From: Candidatus Heimdallarchaeota archaeon
GTDB taxonomy: Archaea; Asgardarchaeota; Heimdallarchaeia; JABLTI01
Length of the DNA: 64,000 bases
Assembly (NCBI GenBank): GCA_018238155.1
Contig: JABCTZ010000046.1
Location: 1-64,000, forward strand
Direction: 5' to 3'
This document shows, one piece after another, positions 27,609 through 35,849 of this stretch (position 1 is its first letter; each line of letters starts with the position of its first letter). The position numbers and the translations under genes were made by a program. The notes beneath the pieces are model-generated. The model worked only from the letters and a program-made list of their open reading frames with translations, was not told the DNA's origin and did not search any database.

Positions 27609-27726
27609 AAGCTATTTCTTAACGCTTCTTTATCCTTATTATTAAATTATTTGATTTATTAGAACATAGCTTCAATAAAGAATAAAAAAAAGTAAGTGGA
27701 TATCTATATCAGGTCTTTCCTTGAAC

Positions 27727-28029
27727 TTATTCCACAATATTTGTACAATGCTGAGAAAGATCAGTACAGAGATCCAATATTGTATCTTTCATTGCTTGAA
27801 TCTGAATTTTATAATCTTTAATTTTAATAGCTTCATTGAATCCTTCATTATCTCTAGACATAATGCACATATAATCATCAACGAATTCCTTAACAGTAAA
27901 TCCTCTTGAAGAGAAAATACTTATAACATCAGAAAAAGATTGGAGTTTCTCTTGAATTTTAAATGTAATTGCACAAGGGAAATCGTCTTCAATACATTTA
28001 TTGTTTATTTCTGCCTTAATATCAATCAA
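27727..28029 (-). CDS. Hypothetical protein
   Basis: 100-aa ORF with purine-rich GGAAGG upstream of TTG; same strand as its neighbours. Confidence 0.55.
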   Translation of the reverse strand: MIDIKAEINNKCIEDDFPCAITFKIQEKLQSFSDVISIFSSRGFTVKEFVDDYMCIMSRDNEGFNEAIKIKDYKIQIQAMKDTILDLCTDLSQHCTNIVE

Positions 28030-28179
28030 TTTTTGCTATCCTTCCATTACACTTGCGAAATTTTTTCGCATTGTGTACATTAAACTATCTTCATTTCGAC
28101 TAAAAAGATTTCCTAAATAGAAATGATAATTTGGTAGATGTTAGAATAAAAGAAAAAAAAGGCATTTACATAAAACAAT

Positions 28180-29544
28180 CTATTCAATTGGATAGCCGGC
28201 ATTTTTCCATGCAGTCATACTTCCAAAAACGCTAGCTACATTTTTGTAACCATTTTTTATTAGCATACTTGCACCTGCTTTTGCTTTAAAACCTGAGTCG
28301 CAATACACACATATTTTTTTATCCATAGGGATTTCGGCTAATCTCTGAGATAATTCTCCCAGAAAGACATGATGGGAGCCTTTTATTTTTCCACTATCAG
28401 CAATACTACGACTTGTTCGAACATCAAGAATGAATATATTGTCATAGTCAATATTCCTATATAGTTCATGAACTGACCAAATATCTGTTTTGGATATTTC
28501 TTCCCCATTCATATACCATTCTCGAAATCCACGCAAATATCCAATTATATTATCGAAACCTAATCTTATCAAATATCGAACACTTTGCTCTATATCTTGA
28601 TGTGTACTTTTTATCAAAACAATTGGTTTATCATATGATAATAACCATAGTGCATAAGTTGGTAATCCGTTTTTCCATATACTGATTGTATTCGGGATAT
28701 GTCCACCGGCAAAACTTTCAGGTTCACGAACATCAATAATTTGTGCACCTTGAGCTATGAATTGCTTTACTTCTTTTACAGATAACGAGGGAGGTTGTAT
28801 TAGACCAGCCAAAATAGGTGGACCTTCCAAATTGAATTTTTCTAAAACGGTCATATGGGGTGCTATTTCGAATTTTTCTGTTGATTTGAAAGAAATGAAT
28901 TCTTCTTTGGATAACAATAACTTGGGATTCGTTTTCTTTTCGTATCCAATTGTCGTAAATGGTATTCCACTAATTCCTCCTCCACATATTGATCCTTCTC
29001 CATGAGCAGGGAGAACAATTGTATGATCACCTAATTTCAACAGTTTATTGAAAAGACTATCATGAAGCCATCCTGCTGCTTCCAATTGTTTTTTTGTATT
29101 TCTATAAAAATCAATTCTTCCAACATCTCCTGCAAAAAGAGTATCACCTGTAAAAACCATAAAAGGATAATCAGGATGGGCAGAATTTTTAATGATTATA
29201 GAAATGCTTTCTGGCGTATGTCCTGGTGTCTCTAGTATATTGATATTCATATCCCCAATTTTAAAGACATCTCCTTCTTTGACTGAAGTTCCATATTTGA
29301 ATGCCAATTTATTTCCGTGATAAATTATTGCACCTGTAGAGTTTGCTAGTTCTGGTGAACCATTCACAAAATCTTCATTTCTGTGTGTATCGAAAATAGC
29401 AACTAATTTAGCATCATTTTCTTGTAATAGAGCAAGATATACATCAATATCCCGTCTTGGGTCAACTACAAAAGCTTCTCCTTTTGAAGCAACAAAGTAC
29501 GAATTACTTGCAATTCCCTTTGAGGTTATTTTTTCAAAGATCAT
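28180..29544 (-). CDS. MBL-fold metallo-hydrolase (persulfide dioxygenase/glyoxalase II-like) fused to two rhodanese domains
   Basis: THRNEDF variant metal motif, TPGHTPES, FTGDTLFAGDVGR, PAHG; rhodanese IIDVR..FAGGHIP and YCDSG. Confidence 0.9.
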   Translation of the reverse strand: MIFEKITSKGIASNSYFVASKGEAFVVDPRRDIDVYLALLQENDAKLVAIFDTHRNEDFVNGSPELANSTGAIIYHGNKLAFKYGTSVKEGDVFKIGDMNINILETPGHTPESISIIIKNSAHPDYPFMVFTGDTLFAGDVGRIDFYRNTKKQLEAAGWLHDSLFNKLLKLGDHTIVLPAHGEGSICGGGISGIPFTTIGYEKKTNPKLLLSKEEFISFKSTEKFEIAPHMTVLEKFNLEGPPILAGLIQPPSLSVKEVKQFIAQGAQIIDVREPESFAGGHIPNTISIWKNGLPTYALWLLSYDKPIVLIKSTHQDIEQSVRYLIRLGFDNIIGYLRGFREWYMNGEEISKTDIWSVHELYRNIDYDNIFILDVRTSRSIADSGKIKGSHHVFLGELSQRLAEIPMDKKICVYCDSGFKAKAGASMLIKNGYKNVASVFGSMTAWKNAGYPIE

Positions 29545-29641
29545 TTGTGAATGAACAACTCTTTTCTAATAACTATATTTTCTATCATTAAAAACAATAA
29601 TGCCTTATATTATAAGTTTTAAAAATATTATAAAGAAGAAA

Positions 29642-30358
29642 TTAAACCTCTATGGGTTCATTTTGATCTTCTTGTTCTGCTTCTTTTTGAATTACAGTTA
29701 TCTCACCAGAATATTCAAAGCTTTCAAATCGTTTTGTGAAAAGTTTAATCAGTAATGCTACTACATTTTTCGTATTACGAACACATTCTTTGTACTCTGT
29801 TTCATTATAAGGTAAAGAATCTAATTTCCATGAATCAACAAGTATGTCAGCGAGATATTGATCTATCGAATTATTGATATCATCAATTACTTTTTCTATA
29901 TCTGCACCAAACTCCTTGTCATGCATGAAAACTCTTCTTCTTAATCGTGTACCCCATAATTCTCCTTTGTGTTTTTGCATCAAATTAATTTTGCTTGTAT
30001 GATCAGTATTTGGGAGCTGTTGATCAAGATAGTAAGCTAAAATAGTTGTATCTAATAGAAACCTCAATTCATGCAGAGATGAATGATAGTATCCCCAATT
30101 TGCTAGGGATTCAATAACTGAGAATCGTTTTGTAAATGAAACCATTTCGGAATAAACAAGAGATCCAACAATCTTTGACTGGTTTTCGAGATGTTTTTCT
30201 TCGAAAGCCTCCAAATCCTTACTAAGGGTTTTTTTAATTTCTTTCCAAATTTTATAAGCAGAACCGGCGTTTTTTTTCGTTTCTTTCTCTGTTTTCCGTG
30301 ACGCTTTCACCCATTTATTAGTATTCATTCCAAATCCAAACATCATGAATCCATCCAT
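29642..30358 (-). CDS. Hypothetical alpha-helical protein
   Basis: 238-aa ORF; GYY.S...ELRFLLDTTILAYYLD resembles the N-terminal helix of HEPN-like proteins. Confidence 0.65.
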   Translation of the reverse strand: MDGFMMFGFGMNTNKWVKASRKTEKETKKNAGSAYKIWKEIKKTLSKDLEAFEEKHLENQSKIVGSLVYSEMVSFTKRFSVIESLANWGYYHSSLHELRFLLDTTILAYYLDQQLPNTDHTSKINLMQKHKGELWGTRLRRRVFMHDKEFGADIEKVIDDINNSIDQYLADILVDSWKLDSLPYNETEYKECVRNTKNVVALLIKLFTKRFESFEYSGEITVIQKEAEQEDQNEPIEV

Positions 30359-30534
30359 TATCTATATCGTCTTAGATTCTCTTTATAATTATAAGCTTAA
30401 TGCTAAAAATTCTTTGAAATAACAATCAAAATTAAAAATGAATTAGCGTTTTACTCTTTTTTCTTCGTTGCTAATCAACAAAATGTTTTTCAATTAATTA
30501 GATTTCAAATGTTAACTAATGAAGGTTTACAAAT

Positions 30535-31455
30535 ATGGAACTTAATGGAGTAGAAATCGAAGATACCTATTGTGAAGCATTCGAGGGAATTGTCTCGAGG
30601 CTTATGATAACACTACGAGACGAACAATTAATACAATACACTGCAGCACAATGCTCTGCTCTTCCATCAATTGTTGTAGGTCGAACAGAAGCTGCTATTG
30701 AAAGATGGGTACGTGGAGATGAAACTCCTGATAAAAATCACGGATTTATTTTGCAAGTATGGGGCAATTGGAATCCAAAGAAACCTGAAAAAAGTCTAAA
30801 GAAATTCTACAAGGAACTTGGTTTAAGAATTCGCCAGGGAATTCTTGTTGTACCAACAACGACTGTTTTCAATCATCTTTCAATGAGTAAGACATTTGAT
30901 ATGATGGAAAGTGTCGGATATTGTGGAGACATTTACCAGCAAGAAGTGGATTTATTTGGTCGTAAGATGATAAAAATCCCACTTATGATGGGTGATTGGT
31001 TTATTGAACAAGAAATTGGTTATCAAACTGGTGTTTCTGGTGGAAACATTTGGTTGATGTGTGATTCTGAAAAAACAGCACTAAAAGCTGGAAAGAGGAT
31101 TCTAAATGTTCTTTACCCTTTGGAAAATATCATTACGCCATTTGCCATCTGCAGTGCTGGTTCCAAAACAGTGTACGAAGGACAACCACATCCGGATATT
31201 GGTCCCACAACTAATCATCCATTTTGCCCAACTTTACGTGGGAAAATTAAAGATTTAAAGGTACCAGAAGGAGTAAATAGTATTCCTGAAATAGTTATTA
31301 ATGGTTTAACATTAGTAGATGTTCGAAGTGCTATGAAAGTCGCTATGAAAGAAGCATCAAAAGTTAAAGGTGTAATGAAAATATCTGCAGGCAATTTTGG
31401 TGGTGCATTAGGTAAATATCATATTAATCTAAAAGATTTGGTTGATGAGATGTAA
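30535..31455 (+). CDS. ftr: Formylmethanofuran--tetrahydromethanopterin N-formyltransferase (Ftr) family protein
   Basis: MELNGVEIEDTYCEAF, RIRQGILVVPTT, GVSGGN, CSAGSK, TTNHPFCPTL, EIVING, ISAGNFGGALG. Confidence 0.9.
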   Translation: MELNGVEIEDTYCEAFEGIVSRLMITLRDEQLIQYTAAQCSALPSIVVGRTEAAIERWVRGDETPDKNHGFILQVWGNWNPKKPEKSLKKFYKELGLRIRQGILVVPTTTVFNHLSMSKTFDMMESVGYCGDIYQQEVDLFGRKMIKIPLMMGDWFIEQEIGYQTGVSGGNIWLMCDSEKTALKAGKRILNVLYPLENIITPFAICSAGSKTVYEGQPHPDIGPTTNHPFCPTLRGKIKDLKVPEGVNSIPEIVINGLTLVDVRSAMKVAMKEASKVKGVMKISAGNFGGALGKYHINLKDLVDEM

Positions 31456-31472
31456 TTATCTTTATATCTCTC

Positions 31473-32792
31473 TTATCTTTTCTTTGGTGAATATTCGTTA
31501 TCCCTTCCAAAGGTTTCTACACAAATTTTTGCTACATCTTGAACGTATTTTTTATCAGCAAATACATACATTCGCCACAAATCTTCATATGAATCTTCTA
31601 TTGCTTTAATGTCTGCAGCAGGATGCGGTCTCGCATTAAGTTGAGTGATCTTTCCTGAAGCATTTTTTATCAACACTTCTGCTTCTTTTAAAGAGGAAGA
31701 ACTTAAACAATGAATAATAACATCCGACTTATTTATTTTCAAATTTCTGTTCTTTTTTTGTAATCTATCAATAATCATATCTTCGATTTGATCTCTTTCC
31801 GGAGTTGGAGGATTGAATTTTTGTATAAAATCTTCACGACTTTTTCGCGAGCTTAGTGTTGCACTTGACAGGACATAGGCTCGTTTTAATAACTGTCTTT
31901 TTTCTACTCGTTCAATGAGGTTTCTAATTGACGATGTTTCAGGTCGCTCTTCTGGAAACCCTTTCAAGAATTGAAACAAGGTCCAATCATTCAAATTAAA
32001 CAAACTATCTCGAGTAAGAGTTCCTTCTTTTACAGCCATTTCAACTGCTTTTGATATCATTGCTCCCGAGGATAATTTGGCATGATGGAAATAGACTCTT
32101 TCGGTGAGAAAATATCGTAACCGTAATAGATGTAAAATTTCTGATCGAGCATCAGATCGTTCCATTCGGTTTTTAACAAAATTTAGTACAAGCTTTCCTT
32201 TTTCTACTATGAAATAACTTAGTACACGATTATCATAGTCTTTGTTAATACCTGTATGATAACAATCTCTTCGAATATAATCTAAGAGATCGGAGCAAAT
32301 AGTATCGTTGATTATTTGGCTCATCCAACTCTCTCCTCCTGTATTGATTGTTGGATCTTTATTTGTTAATATTTTAACTAACTTGTTTTTTATTCCCATA
32401 CTATTTAATTCATCACCTAACATTCCAACAGATAAATTACGCTTGAAATTTTCATCTTTATCATGTTTTTCGAAAATCTTCCGTTCATCTTCGAAAGTAT
32501 GGCCATATGGAACGTGACTAATATCATGAACTAAACCTGCAATAGCAATCAATTCTTCTCTATCAGAACCAATTTCATAGCCATTCAATCGCAATGTTTG
32601 AACTATTTTTTTAGCCAGAAAACTTGTTCCTAAGCTATGATCAAATCTGGTATGAGTTGCTCCTGGATAAACAAAGTGTGCTGTACCTAGTTGTTTTATT
32701 CCACGTAATCTTTGTACTTCGGGGCAATCAATGATTTTTCGTTCATTTTCTGTGAATGACATATCACCATGAACTGGATCTCGAACAATCAA
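31473..32792 (-). CDS. HD-domain dNTP triphosphohydrolase (SAMHD1-like, COG1078)
   Basis: RDPVHG, QRLRGIKQLG, YPGATHTRFDHSLG, LVHDISHVPYGHTFE, DLLDYIRRD, VYFH. Confidence 0.9.
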   Translation of the reverse strand: MIVRDPVHGDMSFTENERKIIDCPEVQRLRGIKQLGTAHFVYPGATHTRFDHSLGTSFLAKKIVQTLRLNGYEIGSDREELIAIAGLVHDISHVPYGHTFEDERKIFEKHDKDENFKRNLSVGMLGDELNSMGIKNKLVKILTNKDPTINTGGESWMSQIINDTICSDLLDYIRRDCYHTGINKDYDNRVLSYFIVEKGKLVLNFVKNRMERSDARSEILHLLRLRYFLTERVYFHHAKLSSGAMISKAVEMAVKEGTLTRDSLFNLNDWTLFQFLKGFPEERPETSSIRNLIERVEKRQLLKRAYVLSSATLSSRKSREDFIQKFNPPTPERDQIEDMIIDRLQKKNRNLKINKSDVIIHCLSSSSLKEAEVLIKNASGKITQLNARPHPAADIKAIEDSYEDLWRMYVFADKKYVQDVAKICVETFGRDNEYSPKKR

Positions 32793-32956
32793 TTTTTCTT
32801 TACTCCTTAAACTATTTCATTTTAAAATGGAAATAAGCGTAGCACTTTACTGTTTTTCAGCTATTAATCAATTGTTATTATATAATTTTCTTATTACTTT
32901 ATTATTTTACCTTAATCGAAAAACAAAAATAGTATTTTGCATAGATTACATTCATT

Positions 32957-33799
32957 ATGAGAAAATTGCAGATTGCTGTAATAGGAAGCAAATCACTTGA
33001 TTTAAATATTGAATATGATAAAGCAGCTTGGGATTTTGCTTATAAAATCGGCTTTGCTCTTGGAAGAACAATTAATGTTGCTGTGATTACTAGTGGAAAT
33101 AAAGGTGTAACAGAAGCAGTAACCAAAGGAGTAAATGATGCAGGTGGTGTCTCAGTTGGAATTCTTGCAGGTAACTATAAAGAACAAGGAAACCCCGATT
33201 CTCATGTAAATATTGTAACAACTTTTGATGGACACAAACATTGTTGGCCATTGATCTATTCAAGTGATTGTGTGATATCTATTGGTGGAGGAGAAGAGAC
33301 AGGAATTCAAATATCTTTAGCAGTAGATTTGGGAATTCATGTGGTAATTTATTCTAAAGCAGGAGGGATTTCCTCAGAAGTATTTACTTCGTTAGAACCA
33401 ACTTTTCAAAAAATGCGCTCATCTCAGCTGGTCTATCTAGTAGATGATGAGGAAGAAGCTATTGACAGAGCTAAGAAATTTGCTAAAGAGCGAGCAACCA
33501 AAGAAATATATGTAGATGATAAAATTAGTGTTGATATTTCCCCTCAAATGATAACTTTGTGTAAAAAAGAAACCATTGCTATTCTCTTGCTTCTTAAGAA
33601 AAAGAAAACCTTGTCACCCCAAGAAATATCTGATGAGCTTAAAATCCCATTTATGATGGTTCAATCTTATATGCAAGAGCTTGATAGTCATGAAATTGTT
33701 CTAGCAAAAAAAACCATTGCAGATGAGCACTTATTCTCCATTAATCAAGACAACGAACAAGTTCGTAAATTTTTACTCTTACTCGATCTTGAAAAATAA
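32957..33799 (+). CDS. SLOG/LOG-like Rossmann domain (TIGR00725-type) fused to C-terminal wHTH
   Basis: QIAVIGS, GVTEAVTKGVNDAGGVSVGILAG, DCVISIGGG; C-terminal LSPQEISDELKIP...VQSYMQELDSHEIV. Confidence 0.8.
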   Translation: MRKLQIAVIGSKSLDLNIEYDKAAWDFAYKIGFALGRTINVAVITSGNKGVTEAVTKGVNDAGGVSVGILAGNYKEQGNPDSHVNIVTTFDGHKHCWPLIYSSDCVISIGGGEETGIQISLAVDLGIHVVIYSKAGGISSEVFTSLEPTFQKMRSSQLVYLVDDEEEAIDRAKKFAKERATKEIYVDDKISVDISPQMITLCKKETIAILLLLKKKKTLSPQEISDELKIPFMMVQSYMQELDSHEIVLAKKTIADEHLFSINQDNEQVRKFLLLLDLEK

Positions 33800-33872
33800 T
33801 TTAGAACAAAATTATGAAAAAAATTGACAATTAAAAAGAGAAATACTAATACTATTTACTTTTGAGAAAGTA

Positions 33873-34571
33873 TCAGCTGTGTTCTCGTAATGAATTGACA
33901 GTATAAATTAAATCATCAGGATTGTCTAAAAGCTCCTTCAGAGCTTTTTCTGGATTTGTTTGTTCCTTCAAGTAACGAGTTGTTAGCAGTAGAAGGTCGC
34001 CTTTAAAGCCAATTACACCATGAATTGGCAATCCACCTACACGAGATACTTCCTTTACAGTAATATGGTCTGCTGGTAGTGTAATAACATTAGCAGAATC
34101 TGATAGATCAAATGCAATTGTTTTACAAGGAAGCTTTTCATCCCATTTTCCTAAAGCAGTTAGATAATTCTTACCAAGAGCCAAATAAATCAAATCGGGT
34201 TTTTCCTTATTGATAATTTCTTGGTAATCCTCAGGAATATTCAATAATTCTGCCCGATCTATGATTTGATCTTTACTCATATCAGAAAATGAACAGTTAT
34301 ATGGAGGTAAAAGATCATTCTCACCTATTATTCCAAAGCCGGCTGATACTATATAATAACAAACCTCAAAATGATTTCTTAACAACCTCACTGCAGAGTT
34401 TGTACTTAAATTTAAAGCTCCTCTATACAAATCCTTGGCAGTTTTTTTCATTGGAAATTTAAGTAATATTTGTTCACGAGACTCTTTTGATGGTATTTCG
34501 CTACAGATTGGTTGATGTGGATATTGAATAGATTTTGTTTTACTACAAGAAGCAAGAACTAATATTTTCAA
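33873..34571 (-). CDS. Hypothetical protein, DUF6884/YaaA-like Rossmannoid
   Basis: VLASCSKTK, AKDLYRG, YIVSAGFGII, PYNCSF, LALGKNY motifs. Confidence 0.65.
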   Translation of the reverse strand: MKILVLASCSKTKSIQYPHQPICSEIPSKESREQILLKFPMKKTAKDLYRGALNLSTNSAVRLLRNHFEVCYYIVSAGFGIIGENDLLPPYNCSFSDMSKDQIIDRAELLNIPEDYQEIINKEKPDLIYLALGKNYLTALGKWDEKLPCKTIAFDLSDSANVITLPADHITVKEVSRVGGLPIHGVIGFKGDLLLLTTRYLKEQTNPEKALKELLDNPDDLIYTVNSLREHS

Positions 34572-34809
34572 GTAAACACCCTGTGAAATTGTTAGCTTAA
34601 ATATCTTTTACAAAATAGATAACTAAATACTTTTTCCCTTAGAAAAGGGTTATTGGAAATTTACACTATAAAGTATTTATTTTTTCCACATATGCCTCAA
34701 GAGTCAACTATATATTTGAATAGTATACCAAAAAAGTGTTTAAATAAATTGATATTAGATATTTAATAGTAACGACTAAAAATTGTTCCAATAAATCTGA
34801 GGTTCGATT

Positions 34810-35361
34810 ATGTCTGATAAAGAATTTATTAACATAGAAAAACGCGGAATGATCAAAGTTGGTATCGCCCGTATGGCTTTATTTCCAATAAGCGATCTCA
34901 ACGCATTGTATGACAAACTTGTAGAACTCATCGGTCCTGTAGCAAATAAAGCATTTTATTTAGCGGGAGTAGAAGGAGCAACGACATTCGGAAATCCAAT
35001 GTTTGATAGAGATATCTTACAGAAGAACGAGTCAGGTTACAATGCAGCTGTGGAAGCTTATTCTCAAGCGGGATTTGGTAACTTCTATGTTAAGGAATTT
35101 AATTTTGATGAAGGCACTGCTTTTGTATCAGGAACGGAAACTTTTGAAGCTTCAGATGGGCAACGACAAATTGTCGCTCAAATAAGATCAAATGGTCACT
35201 GTAATCACTCAAGAGGAGTTTTCGCTGCATTTATGAGACTTGTTACAAATCGCAAAGATATGGAATGCGTTGAAGTTAAGTGTGAAGCTTTAGGAGATGC
35301 AACTTGCGATTTCAAAATTGCCCCAAGAAAGGTATTAGAGAGAGAAGATTTCATTTTCTAA
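34810..35361 (+). CDS. V4R-domain protein
   Basis: YLAG..GA, QAGFG, CNHSRGVFAA and CVEVKCEALGDATCDF V4R metal motif. Confidence 0.85.
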   Translation: MSDKEFINIEKRGMIKVGIARMALFPISDLNALYDKLVELIGPVANKAFYLAGVEGATTFGNPMFDRDILQKNESGYNAAVEAYSQAGFGNFYVKEFNFDEGTAFVSGTETFEASDGQRQIVAQIRSNGHCNHSRGVFAAFMRLVTNRKDMECVEVKCEALGDATCDFKIAPRKVLEREDFIF

Positions 35362-35375
35362 GGAGATTTTCAAAA

Positions 35376-35741
35376 ATGTCAAAAACACGCCAAAAATTAG
35401 AAGGTATTTTGGAAAGGCTCGGACAAAGAACAGATATTACTTCTAGCGCTATTGTAACAATTGATGGTTTGATGATGGCTTCTGTTCTTCAAAATAAAAT
35501 TAATTCAGATGCTGTGTCCGCAATGTCAGCAGCAATGATTGCTCTTGGTACAAGAGTAGGGAAAGCTTTGAATCAGGGTTCCATTGAACAAGTTATAGTC
35601 AAAAGTGAAAAAGGTTATACCATTGCTGTTGAATGTGGAAGTACTGCTGCATTAGTTGCTTTAACAAATAAAGATGCTCAATTAGGGTTAATATTCTTTG
35701 AACTTAAAAAATCGGTTTTAGAAGCTCTTTCAATGCTTTAG
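35376..35741 (+). CDS. Roadblock/LC7 (MglB-like) domain protein
   Basis: SAIVTIDGLMMAS, VSAMSAAMIALG, LGLIFFEL; AGGAG SD at 35361-35365 before ATG 35376. Confidence 0.92.
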   Translation: MSKTRQKLEGILERLGQRTDITSSAIVTIDGLMMASVLQNKINSDAVSAMSAAMIALGTRVGKALNQGSIEQVIVKSEKGYTIAVECGSTAALVALTNKDAQLGLIFFELKKSVLEALSML

Positions 35742-35849
35742 AAGCATAATTCATTTTCCATTTTAAAGTGAGTTCTTTCTAAAACATTTCAATTCAATTT
35801 TTAAAAAGCAAATAGATAAATAAAAAGAACAAAAGAGATATGGATCTCT

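Noticed and set aside
28180-29544. HRNED instead of HxHxDH in the MBL domain
   Set aside because: I recall this variant in MBL-rhodanese fusions from other anaerobes, so it is not treated as novel or as inactivation
32957-33799. DprA/Smf assignment (Rossmann plus wHTH)
   Set aside because: Lacks DprA motifs (VGTR, SGLA.GID, F..RNR) and the N-terminal SAM domain; closer to TIGR00725/LOG
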